DNA of 64,000 nucleotides, taken from NCBI RefSeq assembly GCF_018977255.1, contig NW_024704743.1:8806001-8870000 (forward strand), in the 5' to 3' direction. The notes under the pieces are model-generated. The model was not told the origin of the DNA, searched no databases, and saw only the letters and a program-made list of their open reading frames with translations. The translations under genes and the position numbers were made by a program. This stretch comes from Callorhinchus milii (lineage: Eukaryota). Below are positions 22,561-35,875 of this stretch, in pieces; position 1 is the stretch's first letter, and the number at the start of each line of letters is the position of its first letter.

Positions 22561-25119
22561 CAAACAATTTACACTTATATTGAGTGGTAGCTTCTCGGAG
22601 CGTTGAGGTACGTACAATGAAGTGCAGTGATTTATTTATGTAGGCAAAGGAAAAGCACCTGCAATGTTCCACCATAAAGCAAATAACCAATTTGTCTTCA
22701 GTCAATAACCAATTCATTTACAGGGAGAAATACTGAACAGCTACTTCTTAAAGATTGTGCCATGGTGATCTTTAATGTTCACCTAAACCAACCAAACATA
22801 TTGACGTCTAATTTGAAGGATGTGTATACTTGTCTGGCTTCACTCCCTAGTTTTGCTGTGTTAGTAAAGTCTCAAACCAAACCAAAGTGGAAGACACTCG
22901 GCCTCATCAGCTCTGTGGTAGTCAATAGTATAGTTCTAAGTATGGCTTAGTGAACCCTGCAGCATTATATTGTGGACTTGTGTCTGCTGAAGCTAGCATA
23001 AGGCCAACAAAGCTCTTTTTTGTTTCAGATATTTCAACCGTCATCAGGAAAAAAATAGATCTCTATCAATCTCACTCAGATTGAATTTGAATTTTAGCTC
23101 CAAAAGAGAAGAATAGCGTTTATGACTAAAAACACTCTGTTAAAGAAGTTTCTTTGTACAATCAATACTAAGGATTCTCTGTCTGTTCGACATTTGCAGT
23201 GTGTTACTGAAGTAAGATTACTTCAGGATATGCCCACTATCTTGAACCTTCATCAGCTGTAGCAGAACTCAAATCCCATACTGGAATCTTATTTGTACTT
23301 CTTAATTGCATTCCTGATGAGACATGTAAAATAGCTCAGGTAATCAATGGTCTACGTTTATGTTACGTGCAGGGATCTACACAGTGAGACCCAGGAATTA
23401 GATTGAGTGGCACAGTTTGTGGCTTTTATTTAAAGTGAGCACACAATGATCTGCCAGTCATCTCGCACATCCTTATTCACAGAAAACAGATGGATGAAAT
23501 GGTTAAAAGTAGTCCACACTTACAAAATAGATACAAAAAGATCCTCGAATAAGGGCACGTGACTTTTTTTTGTTTAAAATAAAATGATGTTGCTCTCTGT
23601 CACCTCTGGCTTGCTTGGCTGGAAAAATAGACTATGGCACAATTTTTCTGAGACACAGGGGTGGGTGGGGGCTTATTGTTTGAGTCCTGACAGGAGAACA
23701 CAGGATGTAGTGCGTTGGAAAGTGGATCACGGTTTCTGGCAGAACTGTAAAAGTCAATGTTTTCACGGAAGAGTGTTGGGGAAATCTTTGTTTGTTTGAC
23801 CCATTGAGTCATCCCAGAATAATCATCCTACCATCCTCCCATCACTTTAGCAAACTGCTTTTTGAATGTCCTAACCTTTCCTAACAACCAATTCCAGTCA
23901 CTGAATACCATCTGGGGAAATAAATACCTCCTGGTGTCTGTCCTAAATTCGCCAAGAACTTTGAAAAACTTTGTCTATTCCCTATACCTGTGCTCTCTTA
24001 ACCTGCTGAATTGGCATATGTGAAAGTATTGTTCTGGGTTTACAACAACAACAAAATTATATTTATATAGTGCCTTTCATGTCACAATGATTACCCATAG
24101 GAGGTAAGGGAGGTGGGAGGGTGGCAGAAAGAACAGTCAAATAGGAAAGTGTTGAGACGGGCCTTGAAGGAGGCAAGGGAGGGGTCGAGCCAGAGGGATT
24201 CCAGGATGGAGTTTCAGAGGGCGGGGACAGGAAAGCTGATATTTTACTTTCTCAATCCCTTTTAAACGCCTTGTATACAGTACCTCTATAAAGTTTGGTG
24301 AGAAACTTTCAGGAGTTATTCCTGAAATTTGGTTTATCATGAAAGCAAGATTTATAGGACTAAAACTCTATTAAAACATCCACATAAGTATCTACCACCT
24401 TGCAGCCTACATTTATGTATGCTTTAAATGAGTTTAAAAGACTCAGACATTTCCATTCAGATTCTATTTCAAGCATTTCACCTGGAAGAACTGAACTCCA
24501 GGAGCCTAGTTTACAGTTTCCATGCAGGGACTGCTTCATATTATTTTCTGGTTAACATTAACATATGTGCAAATCTTTCTAATTTATTACAACATTTTCA
24601 TTGGGTCTATTTGCCCACGAAAGCTTAGAGTATTCAAAGCCTTTAATTTGCAATCACTGAGAATCTTATAACTACTTAGCATTCTATTTGTCAATACACT
24701 GCTTGAATCGTTCGTCATGGAAGACTAGCACAGAGACTCCCTTTCATTTAATTGCATTTAAGTTAAGGGCTTTCAGGTGGATGATCCATTTCATTTGACA
24801 GGATTGGTGAGTGCACTCTGCCGATGGAAATTAAGTCACATTTGCATCAGTCAAACTTTCTTCTTCATCAAATGTTCTTTCTGAAGCTATTTGTTGCACT
24901 ACTTAGAAATATGAAGGATTCTTGTCTTTGCAACAATGAGGTGGGAGGGTGGCTGACGGTGGAAATGACTACTTCAAATCTTGATAACAACCTCCCCCAT
25001 TCTCCCCCCCACCACAACCACCACTGAAGCGATTTCCTAGTCCTACATTTGTATTAAATACATTTAACACATTGATTTTAGATTGGCAATGTTAAGATTT
25101 CTGCTTTTTCTTATGGTTG

Positions 25120-25480
25120 GGAGTCCTGTAGCTCAGTGGTTAGAGCACTCGCCTTGCAAGCGAGAGGCCCGGGTTCGATTCCCGGCTGGGCAAAATGTTG
25201 GGCAAGTTTCCTTACTCCACACACTTCTGTTTACCTAGCAGTAAGTAGGAACCCAGTTGTTACTCAATAAGCGGATTGCTTTTCCGGGTGTAATAATTCC
25301 TTAAAAAAATAATAATATATTGGTCACTTCAATCCACAACTGTTTGTGGGACACTGCTTTGCGCAATTGGCTGCCAAGTTTCGCCCACAAAATATACAGT
25401 CAATTTACATTACAATATATTCTGTGAAGCGCTTTGAGACGTCTTGAAGACGCGATAAGGTGCTATATCAAATTTATTAT
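25120..25480 (+). mobile_element. tRNA(Ala)-like/CORE-like SINE, long subtype, full length
   Basis: A box TAGCTCAGTGG, B box GGTTCGATTCC, TTGGGCAAGTTTCCTTACTCCAC..GTTTACCTAGCAGTAAGTAGG body and an L2-type tail. Confidence 0.9.
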
Positions 25481-28115
25481 TTTCTTCACAGGATAAAGTG
25501 TAAAGTGTAGTGACTACTTTGCAGGCAGAAACTGTGGTAAATGTACGCACACCAATGTCCCAGAAATAGCCATGAAGTGAATGACTAATTTTTTACAATA
25601 CAATTTTATTACAATTTATTACATTATATATTGCCTTTCACATTGGGAGAACATCTTAAAGCCCTCAAAGCCTCCCCTTGAATTAACTGGTATTCCTTTA
25701 CAAAATCTCCTGCCCCCAAAATATACAGTCATTTTACAGTATATTCTGTGAAGCGCTTTGAGATGTCTCGAAGACGTGATAAGGCGCTACATCAAATGCA
25801 AGGATTATTATTATTATATATTGTTGCCAATCATGAATAATATTAATTCTTCCCTCCAGAGCATAAAGAATTGCAATTTGTTGTTGTTGTGAAGAAACAC
25901 CTCCCCCCCAGTCCCCCCGCCACTTCGGACATTCGCCTGATTCTAGGTAAGTCCATGTTCAATCATGAGTTCTGTCATGATTGAATATTCAATCAAAAAA
26001 AAATATTTTGTTGGCCACCACTGGGCTGGGGACTGAAGGATGCTCTTGTCAGGAGATTGGTCTCAAATGGCAGCATCCGAGCGAGGTCTGAGAGGGTCGA
26101 AGAAAGATAGACCGAGTACCTCTAAGATCCGCTATATGCAAATTTTAATGTATCATATCAATTTGACTCCAGGGTCTCACTGTCTCAATATTTCTTGACA
26201 AGTCCAATGATCTGGGACAGCTAGGTGTGCTGTTTAGACTTGATCACAAATAGAGATGAAGCTTCAGTGACTCTGGACCTATGGAGCACTACTGCTACTT
26301 CTTTCTGTTTAACCTTTGTTGCAAATGTTGACAAACTTCACATAATATAAATTCCTGGTCTGACAGATGTCTCAGAGGCACTACTGATGCCTGTCAGTTG
26401 ATGCCTGTCATAGAGAGGTATTCCCTGCAGCTGATGCAGATTGCCAAGACAGGATTCAGCATATATTAATATTTCTGAATAAAATGAGTTGAAACTTAAA
26501 AGCAAGTTTAGCAAAGTGACTGTCCAGCTGACAGCCTCAAAATACACGTACTAGCATTGGCAGTGAGTGGCGAGGGCTCAAACACCCCCCCAAACTACTT
26601 ACAGCTCACCTCTGTAAAGGGAGCTGAGAGGGGAAAGCCCTGAGCCCTGAGGAGGAACACAGCCAGTCCTGAAGGCTGAGCCAGCCCGTGTCACCCAGGG
26701 GTCCCCTCTTGCCCCTCTCCCAGCTCATAGGCCCACTTCCAGTCCAGCGGGCAACGCATTGGGGTGTCTTCACCTCTGATTGGCCGATGGGCCTGCCAGT
26801 CAAGCCACCAAGGGAAAACACCCTTCCCTTTTCAAACAGCACCATGGCTTGTTAACCCCCACTTGAATAGGCTGATGGGACCTCAGTTTAGCACTTCATC
26901 GGAAAGATGGTACCACTGAAAATGCAAAGATTGCCATTCCTTACTGAATTGTAATCTTAGCCTATGAACATCGTATGAAATGTTGCCTTGAACCCACGAA
27001 CCTAGACTGTTACCAACTGAACAAAGCTGGAGCCTAGCTTAAGATAATAAAACATGAGTTCTGCAGTGCAAACCATGGAGCTCATTCATTATTTGTTTAT
27101 AAATAGACCTTGCCCGTGTGATCCTAACATGGGAAAATCTACTCCAGATCATTATGAGCCACTTTAACTATTGCATGGATCTTAGAGTAATCCACTGGTG
27201 TATTGTAATTGTTCACTTACTTAAAATTTAGCATTTGGTTAACTACATTGTAGTTACTTTACCAGCTACATCGGATTTGCTCAAAGGGTTAATCTGGGCA
27301 CGCTTCATTGGAAGAGCCATCCTTCGGATGAGACATTAAACTGAGATCCCATCTACCTGTTCTGGCGGACAGATCTCATTGCACTGTTAGAAAAGAATAG
27401 GGAGTTTCTCCCGATGTCCTGACCAACAATCCCCCAAATAAAATTAGACATCACTTCATGACTGTTTGTGGGACATTGCTGTGCACAAATTGACTGCCGA
27501 ATTTGTCTACAAAGTACACAGTCAATATATATTACAGTAAAATCCGGTGAGGCGCTTTCAGACATCATCCCAACGTAAAAGGGGCTATATCAAAGGTAAA
27601 AATTATTACAACATCTTGCATTTATATAGCACCCTTCACGCAGGATAATATCTCAGAGAGCTATGCAACTTGGACTCCGAACAAGGGAGAAGGGGAGGTG
27701 ACCATATGCGTGATAAAAGATTATTATTATTAACCTTATGTTAAGGACAAGAAGAATTACTGTGAAAGATGGAAATCAGACTCTTTATTCCTCATCCACT
27801 CCATTCCCATAACTTAAACATTAACCTGTTCTGTCAGATGCTGAGTAACCAGCTGAGCACGTCCAGCATGTTTGATTTTCATTTCATGGCTACTTTATCA
27901 GCTACAGAGGACATACTATTCTGCATGAAGGGCGCTATATAAAGGCAAGTTGTTGTTGTTGATGCTTTCATCTGAGTTCAAGGAGCACTCTTAATAAATG
28001 CAGGTGAATGGTGAACCCTCTACTTTAAGGTTAGAGCTAATTTGAGTTTTTCTCAATCAGAAGTTTATCTGCTGAATATCAAGTTTGTTAAGAACTTTAA
28101 CATAAAACAACATAC

Positions 28116-28271
28116 CTTTTGTTTATTCTTTTCCTTCACTGTTATCCAGTCTTCCCCGTTAGAACTGATATCCACTTTGTATGATTTGATGTAATACTGC
28201 TTCTTTGTTTCTTTCGAGACAGCACCTTGTGTTGCTATTGCAGAGACCTGCCGGAGGAACCCCAGGTCCAC
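28116..28271 (-). CDS. NRP1: NRP1 exon 7 (b1 domain), 156 nt, phase 0-0
   Basis: Acceptor ctctgtcacag, donor gtatgt. Encodes VDLGFLRQVSAIATQGAVSKETKKQYYIKSYKVDISSNGEDWITVKEKNKQK. Confidence 0.96.
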
Positions 28272-29102
28272 CTGTGACAGAGGGAAATTTATAATGTCAG
28301 ACTAACACTGAAAATTAAGTCAAGTCAAATAATAAGGAACAACAGAACCCTATCCAGAACAATTCAAGACCTTTTCGGAAACTGAACCAACAAGTAATGG
28401 GTACAATACCATTGGGGGGATATGCGTTCAATGCAACAGCCATCCAGTGTACTGAATAGGAATTGGAATTATTGGAGAAAAAAGGTTGAAACCATCAGCA
28501 TGACTTCAGCAAACATGGCTGCATGAATTGTGGGATAGAGCAATTATGTTACTGCTGTTATATAAGCCTTTGGTTAACCCTATCTGGAGATACTGGGTAA
28601 TCCATGAAAGGAAGGATATAGTTGTCCCTGGCAGGTTGCAGTGTTTAACAGCCAAGATGATGCAAGGTTATGATCAAAGCAAATTCAGCTTGTTCTTGTA
28701 GGGTCAAGTTGCCTTTCTCTGTTCTTGATTCTCTGTATGTTACTCTTCACGCACAATACCTAAATAAAATTCACTTCATAGCCGTTTGTGGGACGTTGCT
28801 GTGCACAAATTAGCTACCCCGTTTGCTTACTGTAAAGTCATTACACTTTACAGTATATCCTGTGAAATGCTTTGACATCCTCTTAAGACTTGAAAGGTGC
28901 AAGCATTATTATAATACAAAACACAATTTCACTTATATACCACCATTCAGGTCACTTATAAACCACCATTTCACTTATATACCACCATACCAAAGCATAA
29001 AACACCTTGCAACTGTATTTTCTAATATGGCCAGGCCACTGTGAGTAGCTGGCGTGTCTCCACTACTGGAGCAAAGCAGCATTGTGTCTGTCTGGCTTTA
29101 CT

Positions 29103-29426
29103 ATAATAATATAATAATAATAATCCTTGCATTTGATATAGCGCTTTTCACGTCGGGAGGACGTCCCAAAGCGCTTCACAGAATATACTGTAAAGTGAAT
29201 TGACTGTATATTTGTGGGCGAACGCGGCAGCCAATTGCGCACAGCAATGTCCCACAAACAGTCGTAGATTGAAAATGACCAATTTATTATTGTTTTTGGT
29301 TTTTGGAGGGATTATTATTAGGCGTGTGGAGTAAGGAAACTTGCCCAAGGTTTCGCCCTGCCTTGAATTGAACTCAGGTCTCTCACTTGCAAAGCGAGTG
29401 CTCTAACCACTGAGCTACAGGACTCC
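29103..29426 (-). mobile_element. tRNA-derived SINE, young short subtype
   Basis: Near-identical to copies at 47264-47590 and 55679-56003 (seen also as near-identical spurious ORFs). (ATT)n tail. Confidence 0.92.
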
Positions 29427-32400
29427 ACTAAAAGTGGAATGACTTTTTTTGTAGGGAAACAGCAGCAATTTACATCAGCAAGGACACACAAACTAACTGT
29501 GAAGTGAATGACCGATTAACCTGGAGGTTTGTTGGCTAGGACTGGCAACTACATAACCTCTACCAGTAACGTTCCTTAAAGAACAGTGAGTGAATCTGTT
29601 ATTTGGTGAGTTTGGATGAAAGGCTTGAAGATCAGTAGCACTTCCTATTTATATCAAAACAGGCATTGAAACATTAACATTCACTACAACATGGCCTCAG
29701 TATATTGTTTCCTCCAATATTGCCAGCACTCCCTCAATACTGCAATTATGTGTCATCCTACATTACAAGATTACAAGTCTTATTATTTTTTAAATAATAT
29801 TATTTAATATTATTATTAAGATTACAAGTCCTGATTGCAGGATACAAAGCCACAACCTTTTGACCCAGCGGTGAGAGTTCACTAACTGAGCTCAAATGAA
29901 ATGGTCAGGTATAAACAGTTTCTATATTCACACTGCTTTACTTTTCTCCTTATTTAAATGTAAATTATTGTTGCTGCAATTCCTTGCCTTTGGGGAAAAA
30001 ATCTGAAAATATGTAATGATACATCAACTTCCATTTGAAAGAGTGATACGAAACTCCGAGATTGACCCATGCAGTTTTGCTCAAGTCGTCTTAAGAAGGA
30101 GATTGGAGAGTGTGTTTCTTCTGGTTGTGATATGTGATTCACACGTCTGATCACAATTTGGGTTCACATACAAGGAAAATGGAAGGAGAATGCTACTGAT
30201 TACTTTCCTATGCAGAGTTCAAGATGTGATATGTTAACAAAACTGATTGCACAAGAGCACAGAGCACAGTCTACAAATCCTGAAGATGCATTGTTTCTCT
30301 TTGGACAGCAAGTTTTGTAAGCCAAGAAAGCTGAGCTGTAAGCACACTGTAATAGTAGGTAATAAAGATACTTGTGGTTTGGCCAAGTGGATAATCCATC
30401 ACGTTGACATATAAGGTACTGAGCTAAAGATCTTTTTTAGTTTAGTATTGCTTTTTTTTTATTAACTGGTGCCTCTGAGCGGTGTTTTTCTGTAGTCGTT
30501 CCGATATGAACTGAATTATGTTCCTTTAATGGCTGTGGTGTTAGCCTGGCTCAGTATGTAACATTCTCCCCTCTGAGTCAGAGTCGGAGGGTTCAAGCCC
30601 CATGTTGGGACTTTGAGCTTGTAATCTAAGCTCACTCTCCAGTGCAATGCAGCTGGAGTGCTGCAATATCAGAATGGCACTAAATTCTCAGTTTGGTTTG
30701 AATGCTCTTAAGCATGGTGATGGGTTTCTGCATGTGTCAAGACACCCGGCTGACCCCCCCAAAAAATCAATAAGAATGACAGTCTATCAATTAGAATAGC
30801 GAATTTCAAATAAAGAGACTGAAAGCCATTAAAGCTGTGCACATTTCTTTTAGTATTCTCTGAAATCTTTGCTCAGTAGCTTTTTGTTCTAAACCTTCAC
30901 AACTGTGCATGTCGATGCATCATTTACTCAGCTTGGAAGGCAGACGAATAAAGTCACAGGACTTGCTTTGACGTCTGACCCTTATTGACACTCCATAACT
31001 CAACCAGTAGGACTTACCACATAGGGGCACCTTGTCCTCGAGAGTGCAGTGGCTTGGATAACAAGGGACAAAACCCATCAGACATCTGGTTCGTGGATTG
31101 AAATGTTAAAGAGTGTTATCACCTCCACGGGGTGCCTGACAGCCTCTGACTAGCCTGAAACACTGCCGCTGAATTGGCATGGCAACATTGAGCTGGAGTA
31201 GATGCTATATCCCCTGCTGTACGAGAGCTTAAAATGCAACTTTGCAAGTGGGTTACCTTCATTTTAATAATTTTCATTGCATTTGCTTTCCACATAGTAA
31301 CCTGGTAAGTTGACCAGAAAGGCAACTAGCCGGGTGAAACAGCCATTGAACCAATCAGGATGTAGTCTTCTCTCTGTTCCCTTCCATTCTACCCTTTTAA
31401 GATTCTGACCCCATTTCTCCTACCAGGAGTGAAATGCAAAGCAACGAAAGATCAGTGTTGCACAGTGCTCCACCTCGTGGTCCAATATGAAACTTGATTC
31501 CGAATTGCCCAAAGGAAGGTCAGATGTCAAGTGGAGGCTGGGGTATAAACTCAGGACTCTTGGGACTTTAACTTAACTGCTTGTGCCACTGATCTATCTT
31601 GCTAATGGGCCATTTAGGTGTCAGCTTGGCTCAGTTGGTAGCACTCTCGCCTCTGGGTCAGAAGGTTATGGATTCAGCTCCAAGTCAAGAAATGAGCTCC
31701 ATGCAAAAGCATTCCAGGGCAGTGCTGGGGGTGTGCTGTACTGTCTGAGATGCCTTACTTTGAATGAGATGTTAAACCAAGGTCCCATCCCCGTGTTGAT
31801 GTGGATGTTAAAGATCCCATTCTCTCCGAGATGGAGTTCCCGAGAATGGGAGCCGAATGAAAGCCTGGATGCCGGTGGCGGGGTAATATAACAACTTGCA
31901 TTTATATAGTGCCCTTCACCCGGGGGTAGCGTCCCAGAGCACAGATCACGCTCTATATATCACATTGTTGAGACATCTCAAACCCCTTTACATCTAAAAT
32001 GTAGTAACTGTGTATTTTTGTAGGCACCTCCAACAATGTAGCATGCTGGCAGATTGCCCTGGAGTGCTAGGCTAGACTGTGAAACAGAGGTGTTACACGA
32101 GCTACCCAGGTACCCATTTGACTCAAAGGATGTTTGAAAAATTGTAATCAATGCATCTACTATTTTCTCCCTGACTTCCTTCATCTTTCTGGGATGCTGC
32201 CATCAGGCCCTGGTGACTTCTTTTCTTTGATTTCCCTTTCCCTTTGTTCCAAACTGTATCATGTTCCTAAGACAGCAGAAGCTCAAAATACCACATGGTA
32301 TTAAGGCCATTGTCCTAAAATTAAGACTGAATGTTGAGAATTTGCCAAAATTCCGCACATATGTCTTAAGACTTTCATGTTTTTCTTAAATCATTTAAGT

Positions 32401-33044
32401 CCTAAGTCTAATTCTGTGTGGAATTTCAGACCTCAGATATCTCAGCGATGAAAGAACCTGACAATCAAAAAAAGGCACTGAAAAGGTTAACATACGAAAC
32501 ACCCATTATGTTATATACCCAAATGTCGGGATAAACTACTTGTTAAATGTGGAATTCTGTAGCATGTGTATGGCTTTGGAAAATCTATTTCATTCAAACT
32601 TCCATTATTACAGTGAACAAATATTCATCTGAATATCAGAATAAATCAGCTTGGAATTTTCTCAGACTCCCAGTGTCATCCTCTCTGAAAGGTTTTCCAG
32701 CTGTATCATTGTCACAAACAGCCTGGCTTTATCTTGTATTTTTTTTAAGATGCTACGCCCATTTCTGCAGTCTAGGCAGAAAACTATCAGATATCAAACC
32801 CGAACATTAAACGTCTTTTTTGCTTATGGTAGTAATCCCTTCTTGCAGAGATGGGAGTAGTTTTATATATTGGTTTGTAACAATCATCAGATGCTTGAAA
32901 GCATAGTGGGGGTAATTCTTCTGGGGCCAACCCTCTGTAGCAGGCTTCCTTTTTTTTCCTCAGATGGCAGCTTAAGAATAACTGAACTCAAACCAAACAG
33001 TGTTCCATGCAACTATTTGTGGGACACTGCTGTGCGCAATTGAC

Positions 33045-33291
33045 TGTGTGCCAGTGTCCCACAAACAGCTGTGGATTGAGTGACCAAATTATTAGTTTTT
33101 TTTTTGGAAAGGATTATTACCCTCGGAAAAGCGATCTGCCAATTGACTAACAACCGGGTTCCTACTTACTGCTAAGTGAACAAAGGCGTGTGGAGTAAGG
33201 AAACTTGCCCAATGTTTCGCCCTGCCTGGGAATCGAACCCAGGTCTCTCGCTTGGAAGGCGAGTGCTCTAAACACTAAGCTACAGGACTCC
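33045..33291 (-). mobile_element. tRNA-derived SINE 5' two-thirds, long subtype
   Basis: Head and core intact; the 3' part is replaced by an inverted junction at 33016-33065. Confidence 0.85.
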
Positions 33292-35570
33292 ATGAAATGC
33301 ACAATATCAAATAAAAGAATTATTATCATTATATAAGATTCTACAAATTATACTAAAAAACAATTCTACAAAACACAGCTGGGTAAGAGTAAAAAAAGTA
33401 TCAAATTTATCACACATGTCCTGAAATCATAATCAATATGGAATACTGCAGGAATGAGTCTCATGCTTGCCCTTTCCCTGGCCCCCAGAATGGGATTAAC
33501 AATAATGACGCTTTAAATGATAAAGTCAATATAAAGAGCAGAAATAGACTTTAGACTGAAAACAGATGTGGGACCTCTTACCCTGTTAGCTCATTGGTTC
33601 TGCGGATTAGGTCTCACTGGAGGATTAAGTCAAATTAGGGTCTTTGTTGTTCTGGGTTATGGATAAGTGAAAGTGCATTTACTTTCCCCCCTTCACTGCC
33701 CCCTAGTGAAACTGTTTACTTTGGTTAAAGATAAATCTTGCCAGTTAGATAATTGCAGAGCAATTGAAAGGCTCGTTGCTGAATCAGTGGGATTTTTTAG
33801 TGATAGGCTTCTCCTGGACCAGATGACTATCAAAGCACAACCCCTGCCCCATCTTGCGCTCATGCCGTTCACCCTGCTGCCGTTTGGTGAAAACCGTTTG
33901 AATCCTTTATTTTATTTTCATAAAAAGTCTTCGTTTTAATCAATTCATTTGAGAAAAGTAGCATTTTGCAACAATAATAATCCTTGCATTTGATGTAGCA
34001 CCATATCATGTCTTCGAGACGTCTGAATCGCTTCATAGAATATTCTGTAAAGTGAATTGACTGTATATTTTTGGGAGAACACGATGCACAATGACTTGTT
34101 AATCCTTCTTCTTGTTCCCCGCTCCCTCTTTATCTGTCTTCAAGTTTTGCCTTAAAAACAACCTCTTCGACCACACCTATGGTCACCTCCCGCTTCCCCC
34201 ATCTCCCCTGCTTGGCATCCGACCCTGACATCAGGCACCTGGCTAACAATTACTTCTAGCACTTTGGAGCAAGATTCCAGTCAATCAGCTGTGATGTACT
34301 GCTAGTTTCTGGCACTTACAACTCTTGAGTTGTTTTCTGTGAACTCTGTTATAAGTCCCATCGCTTTTTTGACCCCAAGAGGTGAAAATGCGCTGGGAGG
34401 ATTGCAATTGAAAAGGTCACTTCTTTTCCATTGTATCACTGAATCTTTTTCCATTTATAGCTGAGGGGTTTGTCAGACACTTTAATGCCTCAATATCATG
34501 TAATACATTTAGAGTAACTCAAGAATCTCAGTGACTGCACCTCATCGGTCAAATTGCAGTATCCCAATGGAAATAATGCCACTTATTTTGCAGATAGCAG
34601 AATAAACTATTGCATTATCTCCCGCTAGTTGTTGTTTTTTTGATTATTCTTCCTTTGCATGAATCACAACAAAAATCGAAAAATCAAAAGTATTTTATCC
34701 TCTAAGTGCACTGGATATTTATGATTAAATTCAGATCTAAGCAATAAAACCTGTCAGCACTGCCTGAGGCCTGTAGTTCATTGCTGCTGCTGTGTAGAGC
34801 ATTGGTTCACTCAACATTAGATCTGAAGAAAAAACTCTCTCTGTCATTACACTGCAGAGATAACAGGCATTATATGCAGTTAAATAATCCCTAAAGCCCA
34901 TTGTCTTTTTTTAAAATCAAAGTAGTGTTATTCTATTATTAGTGCTATAATAAGTTAAATTAGTCTTTCCTTTAGTACAGTGTAATTTTATGTGCCACTG
35001 TTCTCTGCTGCTTAATGTTAATGAAGGGGACAATCAAATGTTTCTCTCTCCCCTTCTGTTTCAAAGGCTCTTGTTCAGAGCTCCAGGATGCTATCTTTGC
35101 GTGAGGGGTGCTATATAAATCCAAGTTGTTGTTGTTGGGCAAGCTCTCCTTCCCCAAGTGGCTGATCTACAAGTATATAGAGTAAGATTCGTAAAAGGGT
35201 TTCTGAAATAGCAGGTTCAAACCCCATGTTGGGACTTTTAAATCAAATAGTAAAGGCTGACACTGCAATGCAGTGCTAGGACTGTAGTGGATTGCGGGAG
35301 GTAGATGAGACATTAAACTGAGGTCCATCTGCCTGTTCAGCTGGATGTTACAGATCCATGGCACTATTTGAAAAGAGAAGGGAGTTTTTCCTTGGTCCTG
35401 GCTGACAACCTCCAAATAAAATTGACTGTTCAATTCATGGCTGTTTTTAGGACACTGTGGTGTGCAAATTGTGTTCACCATCAAAGTACACCATTATTAC
35501 ACTTTACATCATATCCTGTGAAGCCCTTTGAAACATCCTCCTGATATGAAAGAGGTGCTGAAGGACTCAT

Positions 35571-35875
35571 GGAGTCCTGTAGCTCAGTGGTTAGAGTACG
35601 CGCTTTGCAAGCGAGAGACCTGGGTTTGATTCCCAGCAGGGTGAAACCTTGGGCAAGTTTTCCTACTCCACACGTCTGATAATAATCCCTCAAGAAAAAA
35701 TAATAAATTGGTCACTTCAATCCACGACCGTTTGTGGGTCACTGCTGTGAGCAATTGGCTGCTGCATTTCACCCACAATATACAGTCAATTCACTTTACA
35801 GTCTATTCTGTAAAGCGTTTTGAGACGTCCAGAAAACATGAAAAGCGCTATATCAAATGCAAGGATTATTATTAC
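35571..35875 (+). mobile_element. tRNA-derived SINE nested in the tail of a Deu-type SINE (~35205-35930)
   Basis: Full head-to-tail consensus. The host tail is split (..GAAAGAGGTGCTG | ..GAAAGGTGCTAAATCAAG). Confidence 0.85.

Noticed and set aside
25120..25195. tRNA-Ala(TGC)-like cloverleaf as a real tRNA gene (also at the other SINE heads)
   Set aside because: The acceptor stem is imperfect, and the sequence continues into a multi-copy SINE body and tail.
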